From: Candidatus Cloacimonadales bacterium
GTDB taxonomy: Bacteria; Cloacimonadota; Cloacimonadia; Cloacimonadales; JAFGVF01
Direction: 5' to 3'
Assembly: GCA_963667035.1 (NCBI GenBank)
Contig: OY762964.1
Location: 546,815-610,814, forward strand
Length of the DNA: 64,000 nucleotides
The notes under the pieces were generated by a model, which had not been told where the DNA came from, made no database searches, and was given only the letters and a program-made list of their open reading frames with translations. Made by a program: the position numbers and the translations under genes. Positions 20,644-29,523 of the stretch are shown here, piece after piece. Positions within the stretch are counted from its first letter, which is position 1. The number at the start of each line of letters is the position of its first letter.

Positions 20644-21063
20644 ATGAATACTGTAGTAACTTGGCAGGGCGGTTTCAAATTTGAATCCGTCCAGGGAGAT
20701 CATAAATTAATTATGGACTCCAATAAACCCGGTAAAAAGGGTGAGGGACCTTCTCCTAAACCCTTATTGCTTTCTGCGTTAGCGGGTTGTACCGGAATGG
20801 ATGTTGTTTATATTCTAAACAACTATGGATACACTGATTTCGATTTTAAATTGGAAGTTGATGCTGATAATTCGGATACGCATCCCAAGATTTATAGTGC
20901 TATTAGAATCAAGTATATCTTCAATGGAAAAGATCTAAGCGATTATAAAATAAAGAGAGCAGTAGAGTTATCTGCTACTAAATACTGTGGTGTTTCTGCT
21001 ATGCTTAAACAAAGCTCTGATATCTCTTTTGAAGTATATTTAAATGGAGAGAAAATTGACTAA
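20644..21063 (+). CDS. OsmC-family (OsmC/Ohr-like) peroxiredoxin-fold protein
   Basis: 139 aa with PSPKPLLLSALAGCTGMDV and SATKYCGVSAML, the two conserved Cys contexts of the OsmC family. It starts 1 nt after the marR stop. Confidence 0.85.
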   Translation: MNTVVTWQGGFKFESVQGDHKLIMDSNKPGKKGEGPSPKPLLLSALAGCTGMDVVYILNNYGYTDFDFKLEVDADNSDTHPKIYSAIRIKYIFNGKDLSDYKIKRAVELSATKYCGVSAMLKQSSDISFEVYLNGEKID

Positions 21064-21538
21064 AATTAAGATTGTAATAATGGCTCTACTCCTAGTTGGA
21101 TTTATAACAGGAATAGGCTGTACAAAAGCTGATGTTGCGAATGCCGGTAATGAAGATAAACTGACTTGGTCAGAAGATTTTGCTACAACTGCGGAATTGG
21201 CTAAAGAAAAGAATTTACCTATCTTAGTTAATTTCACAGGCTCAGATTGGTGTGGTTGGTGTTTTAAACTTCGTGATGAAGTTTTTGCTACTGATGAATT
21301 CGCTGAATATGCAGAGAAAAATCTAGTGCTTTTTAAAGCTGATTTTCCTAAGAACATTGCCCAGACTGATGAGCTGAAGGCTCAGAATAGAAGTTTAATG
21401 CAAAAATATGGAGTTCGTGGATTCCCGACAATCGTATTGTTGAAGAGTGACGGAACGTTAATAGCTCAAACAGGTTACCAACAAGGTGGAGCTACAAAAT
21501 ATATAGAGCATTTGAATAGCTTGCTTTCTAAAGAGTAA
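21044..21538 (+). CDS. Exported thioredoxin-fold protein (CxxC)
   Basis: 164 aa with a signal/lipobox-like N-terminus (ITGIGC). The thioredoxin motif is FTGSDWCGWCFKL, with a downstream GFPT cis-Pro loop. It overlaps the osmC end by 20 nt. Confidence 0.8.
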   Translation: MERKLTKIKIVIMALLLVGFITGIGCTKADVANAGNEDKLTWSEDFATTAELAKEKNLPILVNFTGSDWCGWCFKLRDEVFATDEFAEYAEKNLVLFKADFPKNIAQTDELKAQNRSLMQKYGVRGFPTIVLLKSDGTLIAQTGYQQGGATKYIEHLNSLLSKE

Positions 21539-21598
21539 AAAAGTGATTAATTTTGCTTGACGGAGTCAGCTCGTTCTAAAAAAGTGCTTATACGTTGA

Positions 21599-21675
21599 CG
21601 CGAGGTGGAGCAGTTAGGTAGCTCGTTGGGCTCATAACCCAAAGGCCGGAGGTTCAAATCCTCCCCTCGCTACCA
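21599..21675 (+). tRNA. tRNA-fMet (CAT), initiator type
   Basis: Manual cloverleaf. It has a C1/U72 mismatch at the top of the acceptor stem and three consecutive G-C pairs closing the anticodon stem (GGGCTCATAACCC). The T-arm is GGAGGTTCAAATCCTCC and the 3' CCA is encoded. Confidence 0.9.
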
Positions 21676-21676
21676 A

Positions 21677-21753
21677 GGCGGCGTAGCTCAGTTGGTTAGA
21701 GCATCGGAATCATAATCCGAGTGTCCGGGGTTCAAGTCCCTGCGCCGCTACCA
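21677..21753 (+). tRNA. tRNA-Met (CAT) elongator type, or tRNA-Ile2 if C34 is lysidinylated
   Basis: GGCGGCG acceptor, D-arm TAGCTCAGTTGGTTAGAGC, anticodon loop ATCATAA, T-arm CGGGGTTCAAGTCCCTG, CCA encoded. Met versus Ile2 cannot be decided from the sequence alone. Confidence 0.85.
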
Positions 21754-21801
21754 AGTTTATAATCGCTTATCGCAAGATAAGCTAATTTTATATGTGAATG
21801 C

Positions 21802-21878
<77 letters not shown>

Positions 21879-21888
21879 TTTCTTTTAT

Positions 21889-21965
21889 GGTGGCTGTAGC
21901 TCAGCTGGCAGAGTACTTGATTGTGGCTCAAGATGTCGCGGGTTCAAGTCCCGTCAGCCACCCCA
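21889..21965 (+). tRNA. tRNA-His (GTG)
   Basis: It has the extra G-1 opposite C73 that is diagnostic of tRNA-His. The anticodon stem-loop is CTTGA-TTGTGGC-TCAAG and the T-arm is GCGGGTTCAAGTCCCGT. CCA is encoded. Confidence 0.9.
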
Positions 21966-22036
21966 CTTTTAAATCAATCATTGCTTATTTTATAATCTAT
22001 ATTATCATGTCTCCAAACAAATATTTCGGAGGATTT

Positions 22037-22846
22037 ATGAATATTGAATTAATAAAAGAAACGATTGTTCCTTTCATTACAACTTATTCTGTTAAACTTG
22101 CAGGAGCTCTAGCAGTTTGGATCATTGGTGCTATATTAGTTAAGATGATCTTGAAGATTGTTTCCAAAGGCTTTAAGAAAAAGCAAACAGAACCTACTGT
22201 TTCAAATTTTATGCTATCACTTCTAAAGTTCATGTTGAATTTAGTATTGCTCATTATAGTAGGAACCATGCTTGGTGTGCAGATGTCTTCTTTAGTTGCA
22301 GTACTAGGTGCTGCCGGTCTGGCTATAGGTTTAGCGTTACAAGGATCATTGTCTAACTTTGCAGGTGGAATTATTCTCTTAGTCCTTAAACCATTCAAAG
22401 TAGGGGATTACATAAAAGCTAACGGACTGGAAGGAAGTGTAAAAAGCTTGGCAATTCTATTTACTACTCTAGAGACAGTTGATAAGAAAACGGTATATAT
22501 TCCTAATGGTAGTTTAGCTAATGCACCAATTACAAACTTCTCAGTTTCAGAGAACAGAAGAGTAGACTTAGTATTCTCTACTTCTTATGACAATGATATT
22601 GATAAGGTTAAAGCCATTATTACTGAAGTTGCTGTAGCACATCCTAAAGTATTAAAAGATCCTGAACCATTTATTAGACTATCGGCTCATAACTCAAGCT
22701 CATTGGACTATACTTGCAGATTATGGGTAAAAGGTGTCGATTACTGGACAGTACATTTTGATTTGTTAGAGCAAGTTAAGAAAGCTTTTGATGCAAATGA
22801 CATTGAGATTCCGTATCCTCAAATTGTTGTTCATCAAGATAAATAA
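22037..22846 (+). CDS. Small-conductance mechanosensitive channel (MscS family)
   Basis: TM helices followed by the conserved MscS beta-domain (FKVGDYIKANGLEGSVKSLAILFTTLETVDKKTVYIPNGSLANAPITNFS). I prefer the start at ATG 22037 (GGAGG 4 nt upstream), because the track start at 21887 lies inside tRNA-His. Confidence 0.85.
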   Translation: MNIELIKETIVPFITTYSVKLAGALAVWIIGAILVKMILKIVSKGFKKKQTEPTVSNFMLSLLKFMLNLVLLIIVGTMLGVQMSSLVAVLGAAGLAIGLALQGSLSNFAGGIILLVLKPFKVGDYIKANGLEGSVKSLAILFTTLETVDKKTVYIPNGSLANAPITNFSVSENRRVDLVFSTSYDNDIDKVKAIITEVAVAHPKVLKDPEPFIRLSAHNSSSLDYTCRLWVKGVDYWTVHFDLLEQVKKAFDANDIEIPYPQIVVHQDK

Positions 22847-22859
22847 ATTATGATAAAAA

Positions 22860-22880
22860 AAGCCCGGTAAATCCGGGCTT
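22860..22880. terminator. Shared terminator hairpin between convergent mscS and the minus-strand envelope operon
   Basis: AAGCCCGG-TAAAT-CCGGGCTT, flanked by an A-run on the left (a T-run for the minus-strand transcript) and AAATTTTA on the right. Confidence 0.6.
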
Positions 22881-22885
22881 AAATT

Positions 22886-24871
22886 TTATAGAAGACCTTT
22901 CCTACGCCTTAACAGCAATTCTGTTGAAAAAACTGCTAAAAATACTGCTAGAAGCCAAATCTTCTTGTAGAGGTGTATTTCATAATCTCTAGTTAGCTTT
23001 CTTTCTGTTGCCTCTTTTAAGTCTATATCCTTAACATTGATAAAAACCGCTCCGTTTGTAATGGCACTTATGTATTTTAGATTCTCGGCATTGTAGCCTT
23101 TGTTTGAGTTTTCTAAACCGGCTTCAAGGACTAAAAAACTCTCTTCACTCAAAGCTTCCTTATCCTCAATTGATACATTTGCCGTATACTCTCCTGATAC
23201 CAGACCTTCTAAACTTGTTGAATAGTACTCGTCCTTACTAACCATATATTTATGAGTGACAAGTTTACCCTTATTATCATAGATATTAACTTCCGGATTC
23301 AGACCATACATTCTATCCATCTTCTCGTCAAAGGCTTGTAACTCTAACAATACTTTCTCTCCATAGAGGTAGCCGGGCTTAGAACTAGATAAAATAAAGC
23401 TTTTGGTTTGATTAGAACTAAGCCAGTTAAACAAAGCTTCGAATGTAGTTTGATAACTATTGTCCTCTCCCCATAGACTCCATTTCCATAGATTTTTAGT
23501 AGCAAAGTTTAGAAAAGTACCTGCACCTGTTTTCTTTAAAGCAATAGCAGGAGAAAGATCCGAGTTGTTAAAATTAGCCAGAATAGTTGCACCATTCTCG
23601 GGACCATAGTACTGATAACTTAATGGAGGAATCTTGTCTGTGTTGTTTGCTAAATCAATTAGTGCAGTGTATTCTTTACCTTCGTTAGTTATGCTAATTG
23701 TACTTTCGAAATTTCTGGTCATATTAGTCTTCTTCAAAGGCTGCACATCCCTTAACCCGGAAATCGGAGCTCCGATAAGTATGGCACTTTTACCATTGAT
23801 AACTTTATCTCTTATTGTAGTTTGGTCTTCTCTGGTAAAAGTTAGATTACCATTGTTAACTAAAATGAGAAGCGAGTAGTCGATTTCCTTAAGCGGACTT
23901 TGGATAAGATCCCTTCCACTATAGAATCTTCTATTCTTAGTTTGAAGAATATCAAGATCAAATCTTGAATTGTTTTTTACTGCATCTTTAATCTGCTTAG
24001 TTTCCCAGTTTAGTGCATCAGTAACAAGCAGGACCCTATTCTTAGAGCTTATTACTCGAACAGTCGCACTTGAATAAAGACTATTATCTCCTTCACTTCC
24101 GATTACTTCAAATGTAACTCTCTTTATGCCAAGATTCTTAAAGCTATAATCAAACTCAAACTGAGAGGATAGTTCAGAGTTTGAAGAAGTATTCTTTCTT
24201 AATACTTCTTTCCCACCTATACTCATGATGCAAGTTAGCTTCTTCGTGTTAACAGCATTGTTTAAATGAACAATAAAAGGAGATTTCTCATTTATATAGC
24301 TTGTATTGTTAAATTCAACAAAAGATATTTGTAATGAGTCGTCAGAAGTATTAATTTGGGGGATATAGCAATTCACTTTTTTGTTAAGAAGTGAAATGTC
24401 ATTTAGACTATCATCGTGAAACCAACCATCAGACAATAGAAATATTTCCTCTACATTATCTATGTTTAACTTAGAGGCTAAATCATTTAAAGATTTACTA
24501 ATCTGAGTCTGATTAGTTTTACCATTAATCCCATCGGCAAAAGTAAAATCGTTTACTTCGTATCCATGTTGTTTAAGTAAATTAATAAGATCTTTTTTTA
24601 CAGGTGATAATTGAGTTTGTTTAGTTGACTCCCCTAAAAATCCATCCATGCTATCAGAATCATCTATTAGTACAACTGCTTGTGATAAAATGGTTTGTTT
24701 ACGAATGAATCTCAAAATTGGATTAAACAGATATAATAGAACAACTGCTATTGAGATTGTCCGGAGTAAGATAAATCCCAATTTCCATCCTCTGGTTAAT
24801 GAAGGTGTTGAACCAGTATAAAACCAGATAGCTATTAGTAAAGATATGACAGCAATTAGGATGTATATCAT
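22886..24871 (-). CDS. Membrane protein with an N-terminal double-TM segment, a vWA/MIDAS-like region and a C-terminal TM anchor (function unknown)
   Basis: 661 aa. Two N-terminal hydrophobic helices resemble the BatA-type N-terminal domain. The DxSxS motif is in VVLIDDSDSMDG. The C-terminal helix IWLLAVFLAVFSTELLL is followed by RRRKG. Its start overlaps the stop of the upstream gene (ATGA). Confidence 0.5.
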   Translation of the reverse strand: MIYILIAVISLLIAIWFYTGSTPSLTRGWKLGFILLRTISIAVVLLYLFNPILRFIRKQTILSQAVVLIDDSDSMDGFLGESTKQTQLSPVKKDLINLLKQHGYEVNDFTFADGINGKTNQTQISKSLNDLASKLNIDNVEEIFLLSDGWFHDDSLNDISLLNKKVNCYIPQINTSDDSLQISFVEFNNTSYINEKSPFIVHLNNAVNTKKLTCIMSIGGKEVLRKNTSSNSELSSQFEFDYSFKNLGIKRVTFEVIGSEGDNSLYSSATVRVISSKNRVLLVTDALNWETKQIKDAVKNNSRFDLDILQTKNRRFYSGRDLIQSPLKEIDYSLLILVNNGNLTFTREDQTTIRDKVINGKSAILIGAPISGLRDVQPLKKTNMTRNFESTISITNEGKEYTALIDLANNTDKIPPLSYQYYGPENGATILANFNNSDLSPAIALKKTGAGTFLNFATKNLWKWSLWGEDNSYQTTFEALFNWLSSNQTKSFILSSSKPGYLYGEKVLLELQAFDEKMDRMYGLNPEVNIYDNKGKLVTHKYMVSKDEYYSTSLEGLVSGEYTANVSIEDKEALSEESFLVLEAGLENSNKGYNAENLKYISAITNGAVFINVKDIDLKEATERKLTRDYEIHLYKKIWLLAVFLAVFSTELLLRRRKGLL

Positions 24872-26115
24872 TAAATTTTAGTTCTCCAGTGAATACCTAA
24901 GGCAGTACCTTTGGAATCAGAACCCGGGATGATGCTATCATAAGACTGGATGTTAAATCCGAACTCATAATAATCTGACCTATAACCTAGTCCCCAAGAG
25001 AAGATCGTTGGAACTACACTATTACCGAATCTGATACCTACTTGAATAGGCATAGCTGCCCACATTGTTTCTGCGGCCATTGAAAAGTCGGGTTTGTCAG
25101 AAGTGAAGGAAGAGGTTTTTGAGGATTGTCTATAATCTAATGAAACAGATGATTTTTTGTATTCATATATAGAACCTATAGCAAATGTAAAAGGAAGTTT
25201 GGTTGTGCGATCTTTTATCTGTTCACTTGTATGTTCTTCATAATAAAAGTCTTCGTCAAGATTCATAACGAATATTGAATCCGCCCATACAATATAGTGT
25301 AATTCTTGATTATCAAGAGTCCAGTTAATTCTTGCGAATATATTATCAAAAGTTAAGCCAAGTTTTAAGTTCTCAAGAGGTTCGGTAGCAAAGCCAAGCA
25401 TACCTTTGTAACCAAGACCGCCTGTACTTGAATGAAGAGTAATATCTTGAATAAAATCAGCCCCGACAATATCATCTCCTTCCAAACCATTAGAGAAGTG
25501 ACCTGCATATTCCTTCGTTTCTGTATTATTCAAGCCAATTAGGGCACTTAAAGAGATACCCATAGTAGTAGGAAAATATTCAGATATATAAGGTACTTTA
25601 ATACCTCCATAACTCCAAGTAAAATCCATATAGCTTAGAAAATCAAAACTATTGTTCTCTTGCGAGAATTCATAGTTATTCAAAGTATTACCATATAGAA
25701 CTAATCTAAGATATTTTTCTGAGAATTTACCATTAAGGGCAAAATGAGTTCTTAAGCCTAAACCGGTATTCCCATTATTCCAAGCGAATTCTTGTACAGA
25801 TGCTTCTGCATTGAAAACAAGAGATCCGTCAACATCTTCAAGTATCTTCTCCTTCATTTTTTCATCTATGAATTCACCGGCAATAGAATTGTAAGTATCA
25901 ACGGTGAATGCATTGTTTGAAACCGAGAAGTTCATATTGGAAAATGGGACTTCCATGTAAGATTCGTCACTACTTAAGTTAGCGGGATTCCAGAATATAG
26001 CGTCAGAGCCTTTAGCTCTCATCATAAAACTTCCCGCAAATCCCTTGGAACGTGGAGTAGCAGTCAAGAGTAGGGAAGTAGATATCAAAACAAGTATTAT
26101 AACTATTCTTTTCAT
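24871..26115 (-). CDS. Putative outer-membrane beta-barrel protein (resembles the PorV/PorQ/DUF5723 type)
   Basis: 414 aa with a signal peptide. The N-terminal motif is GFAGSFMMRAKGSDAIFWNPANL. It shows alternating amphipathic strands throughout and a C-terminal aromatic-rich end (GIHWRTKI). Confidence 0.5.
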   Translation of the reverse strand: MKRIVIILVLISTSLLLTATPRSKGFAGSFMMRAKGSDAIFWNPANLSSDESYMEVPFSNMNFSVSNNAFTVDTYNSIAGEFIDEKMKEKILEDVDGSLVFNAEASVQEFAWNNGNTGLGLRTHFALNGKFSEKYLRLVLYGNTLNNYEFSQENNSFDFLSYMDFTWSYGGIKVPYISEYFPTTMGISLSALIGLNNTETKEYAGHFSNGLEGDDIVGADFIQDITLHSSTGGLGYKGMLGFATEPLENLKLGLTFDNIFARINWTLDNQELHYIVWADSIFVMNLDEDFYYEEHTSEQIKDRTTKLPFTFAIGSIYEYKKSSVSLDYRQSSKTSSFTSDKPDFSMAAETMWAAMPIQVGIRFGNSVVPTIFSWGLGYRSDYYEFGFNIQSYDSIIPGSDSKGTALGIHWRTKI

Positions 26116-26126
26116 TGATACACCTC

Positions 26127-27725
26127 CTATGATTGCATTAGCACTTTTAGTTTTAGGGAACCGGAGATTTTGATATAATCATCCACAGTACCTGTTATTA
26201 CAACCGGTTCTTGAGTCGGATCTGCATACATTAAGAACTTAATATAAATCTCGTCATTTATGAATACTTCGAAATTATTGACTGATATTTTATATGTCTC
26301 GCTATTATTTCCGGCTTCCACATAGAAACCGTCTCCAATACCATCATCATCAATGTCATCACCATTAAAATAAAGAGTTGCTTCGTATAATGAATCGACA
26401 GTGTTGCCAAGTGGGACACTATGAATAAAAATAGAAAGACGAGCCCCAATTGGAAGTTTATTATCTATTCTCAGTTCTAGTTCAGCACTTTGGCAATATT
26501 CATCAATAATCTTCTGATTATCTTGGGAGATGTTTGCAATAGTATCCTTATCTGTTATTAATGGGACACTGGAATCTTGAAGAGAGAAATTGAAGGGAAT
26601 ATTTCCGGTATAATCGCCAAAAATTGAATGGTTAGTTGATATAAAGCCATATCCATCAGCAGGATTTTCAACATGAACGCGAGAGCTTTTAATGACAAGA
26701 CTCGTTGGCATAATTGAGAATAAGTAGTCAATCTGCTCATCGCTTATAAACTGATAATCTACAGGTTGAGTTACAGGATAATTAGAGATTAACTCGATAT
26801 CTGCAGAAGGAATGGTGAATCTCTCTCCATGGTCATCAAGTATATCAATTCGAATACTATCACCTTTATCATTATAAGAAGTGATAGAACCTTCAAAGAT
26901 AGTTGAAAAGCCAATATTGGAAGTAAGATTCAATTCTACTAAAGCATCCTCAATTATAACAACATCATCAATATTCTGGGGATACTCTATTTCCACATTC
27001 GCCAAGTCTTCTTCTATCTCAATATAATACCCGTCTATATTACCTAGAAATGATTCAAAATAAATCATGTCAGATAACTTAATATTCAGACTACCATAAT
27101 CAACCATTCCAGGGTTTCCTTGGTTATCGGTAACAGAAATTGTGAATGATAGTGAATTAATGGAATTACCTTCCATAATATTATCCGTAGATTTAATCAC
27201 ATAATCAGCTAGGTTGAAACGATACTCGAAACTACCGAATTGAGATATATCAATGGCTGGGGAGAAATGTTCACCTTCTTGTGTATATATCTCATTAAAT
27301 ACTATTTTTGCAGTAGCATCATGTGTCTCTTGAACAATATCGTTTAGATTAAGTATCAAATACCCGGATTCAATTTTACCTGCAACAACCTCAATAGTGT
27401 AATCAGGAAGAATAGAAACAAAAGGAATACTACCCGGAAAAGAATTCAACGTACTATAAAGATGGTTAACTGAGAACTCAGAATCAAGTTCTACAGCTAA
27501 CTCTTCAATTCTTTTTGTGTTAATATCCCCCTTGGTCTCAACGTAGAGAGTACTATCAGACTCATTCAAAAATATATTTTCATTGTCTATCAAGTCACTA
27601 ACCGGATATTTCTCATCTAACAAAGGGAGATTCAAATCAATTTCCCATTGGGTTCCTTTTGTACCCTTTATCGTACACCCTGCCAGAATGATTGCTATCA
27701 ATAAAATAATGATATATCGCTTCAT
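26127..27725 (-). CDS. Lipoprotein of unknown function
   Basis: 532 aa with a signal peptide and lipobox (ILAGC). I recognised no other motif. It sits 11 nt upstream of the barrel gene. Confidence 0.7.
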   Translation of the reverse strand: MKRYIIILLIAIILAGCTIKGTKGTQWEIDLNLPLLDEKYPVSDLIDNENIFLNESDSTLYVETKGDINTKRIEELAVELDSEFSVNHLYSTLNSFPGSIPFVSILPDYTIEVVAGKIESGYLILNLNDIVQETHDATAKIVFNEIYTQEGEHFSPAIDISQFGSFEYRFNLADYVIKSTDNIMEGNSINSLSFTISVTDNQGNPGMVDYGSLNIKLSDMIYFESFLGNIDGYYIEIEEDLANVEIEYPQNIDDVVIIEDALVELNLTSNIGFSTIFEGSITSYNDKGDSIRIDILDDHGERFTIPSADIELISNYPVTQPVDYQFISDEQIDYLFSIMPTSLVIKSSRVHVENPADGYGFISTNHSIFGDYTGNIPFNFSLQDSSVPLITDKDTIANISQDNQKIIDEYCQSAELELRIDNKLPIGARLSIFIHSVPLGNTVDSLYEATLYFNGDDIDDDGIGDGFYVEAGNNSETYKISVNNFEVFINDEIYIKFLMYADPTQEPVVITGTVDDYIKISGSLKLKVLMQS

Positions 27726-27743
27726 ACAATTACCTCATTTTTG

Positions 27744-28709
27744 TTAAAATAAACTGAAATTACCTTTAGCTAATTCTTTATTGAAACTAACTCCTTGAAT
27801 TTTGAATCTGCTTCTTTCATAAAGCTGTTTCAATATATAATGGTCATTTCCATAGAGTAAAGAAATATTTTTTTCTGAGACCTCAATTCTGCAATCATGT
27901 TCCATTGATTTTAAGATGTCTCTAATCAATATTTCTCCTTTTACTAATTCTCCAAAGTTGGGATGAAACGGTCCATCAATTACAGCATCTCTTTCAACAA
28001 TGTCCGAGTGAAGTCCTACTTTAGCAATCGTAATGTTTGCCTTTTCGAAGTTCTCAATCATTGTGACCGAATCATAAAGAGCTTGTTCTAAAGTAAGCGG
28101 AGTATACAATCCTCTATTATATAGTAATTCCAAAGGAGTTTCCTTTAAAATTAATAACGGATATATTCTAACAAAATCAGGTTTAATATCTACAGTTGTC
28201 TTAATAGTCTTTTCCAGAGTTTCTTTACTATACCCGGGGAGTCCCGGCATTAGCTGTATGCCAAGAGATAAACCACTATTCTTTATAAGTTTAGAAGCTT
28301 TAATAGCAACATCACAGGTGTAGTTTCTGCTGGATTTCTTTAATACATCATTATCGAAACTCTGAATCCCCAACTCAACAGTTCTGACTTGATTATCAAT
28401 ACTTTCAACAAGAATTTCTTCACTAATGCAATCGGGACGTGTTGAATATCGAATATGTGTATCAGTATCTAGAAATGGTTTAACCAATTGATAGTATTCT
28501 TTTCTTGTCTCAATAGGTAAGGCCGTGAAAGTGCCCCCGAAGAAAGCTATTTCCTTTGGTTGGTTAGGATTGTTTATTTTAAAAAGATGTAATCCTTCTT
28601 TCAATTTCTCAGGATTGATACTATCTGATCCGGTAATATCAAATTGATTACAGTAAATACATTGATAAGGGCATCCTTGCTGAGGAATGAATACAGGATA
28701 AATTCTCAT
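27744..28709 (-). CDS. Radical SAM protein (ELP3-like catalytic domain, no GNAT domain)
   Basis: 321 aa. The N-terminal sequence VFIPQQGCPYQCIYCNQ carries the CxxxCxxC cluster motif in the context typical of bacterial ELP3-like enzymes. Its start overlaps the rnc stop. Confidence 0.8.
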   Translation of the reverse strand: MRIYPVFIPQQGCPYQCIYCNQFDITGSDSINPEKLKEGLHLFKINNPNQPKEIAFFGGTFTALPIETRKEYYQLVKPFLDTDTHIRYSTRPDCISEEILVESIDNQVRTVELGIQSFDNDVLKKSSRNYTCDVAIKASKLIKNSGLSLGIQLMPGLPGYSKETLEKTIKTTVDIKPDFVRIYPLLILKETPLELLYNRGLYTPLTLEQALYDSVTMIENFEKANITIAKVGLHSDIVERDAVIDGPFHPNFGELVKGEILIRDILKSMEHDCRIEVSEKNISLLYGNDHYILKQLYERSRFKIQGVSFNKELAKGNFSLF

Positions 28710-29482
28710 TAAATCTTTAGAATGCTACAAGCTTCTTTGGCTGCATTTTGCTGAGCTTCTTTTTTGCTTGAACCGGAACCGGTCCCTACTTTCTCTCCGT
28801 TTATAAAAACACTCATAATAAATGTTTTATTATGATCCGGTCCGACTTCTCCGTCTTTCTCATATGTAGGAGGAGCTTGGAATTTTGATTGGCTGTATTC
28901 TTGTAACATACTCTTAAAGTTTTTCAGCTCATCCTGATTGATTAGTTTTCTGAAATTAGTAAGCACGATGTTTCTAACAAGTGCCCCTGCTTCTTCCAAA
29001 TCACTATCCAAATAAACGGCACAAATCAATGCTTCCATAGCATCAGATAGAATCGACGGACGTTTTCTGCCTCCGTTTCTATCTTCATCTTCGCTCAGCA
29101 TTAAATAACTTCCGAGATCTATCTCTATTGCTTTCACAGTGAGATACTTCTCTGAAACTATTTTAGATTTCATTTTAGAGAGTGTGCCTTCCTGACTTTC
29201 CGGAAATGTTAGAAACAGTTCTTGAGAAACAAAGAGCCCAAGAATTGAGTCCCCTAAGAACTCCATTCTCTCAAAAGGTGATATAGAACAGGCATAGGGA
29301 GCTTTCTTCCTAAAATAGGAGTTATGTGTAAAAGCACTTTTCAAAAGATTTATATCATTAAATTTATAATTAATTCTTTTCTGAAACTCAAGGAGTCTAT
29401 CTTCCCATTCACTATCTTCAATTACTATTGTTTCTCTACGTGAATTGAAAATCCCTGACAGACGTTTGATAATTGTATTCAA
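28709..29482 (-). CDS. rnc: Ribonuclease III
   Basis: 257 aa with the RNase III signature ERMEFLGDSILG and a C-terminal dsRBD (GPDHNKTF...GSGSSKKEAQQNAAKEA). Confidence 0.95.
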   Translation of the reverse strand: MNTIIKRLSGIFNSRRETIVIEDSEWEDRLLEFQKRINYKFNDINLLKSAFTHNSYFRKKAPYACSISPFERMEFLGDSILGLFVSQELFLTFPESQEGTLSKMKSKIVSEKYLTVKAIEIDLGSYLMLSEDEDRNGGRKRPSILSDAMEALICAVYLDSDLEEAGALVRNIVLTNFRKLINQDELKNFKSMLQEYSQSKFQAPPTYEKDGEVGPDHNKTFIMSVFINGEKVGTGSGSSKKEAQQNAAKEACSILKI

Positions 29483-29495
29483 TACTACCTCTGAG

Positions 29496-29519
29496 ATGAG
29501 GGGGCGTGATGCCCCCCAT
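29496..29519 (-). promoter_or_regulatory. GC-rich hairpin in the fabF-rnc intergenic leader
   Basis: ATG(A)GGGGGC-GTGAT-GCCCCCCAT (9 bp plus one bulge), located 14-37 nt upstream of the rnc ATG. It is conspicuously GC-rich in AT-rich surroundings and no T-run follows it on the minus strand. Confidence 0.3.
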
Positions 29520-29523
29520 AAAA

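Noticed and set aside
21887-22036. N-terminal extension of the MscS ORF (track start 21887, MVAVAQLAEYLIVAQDVAGSSPVSHP...)
   Set aside because: These codons are simply tRNA-His (21889-21965) read as protein. A GGAGG-preceded ATG at 22037 gives a normal MscS N-terminus.
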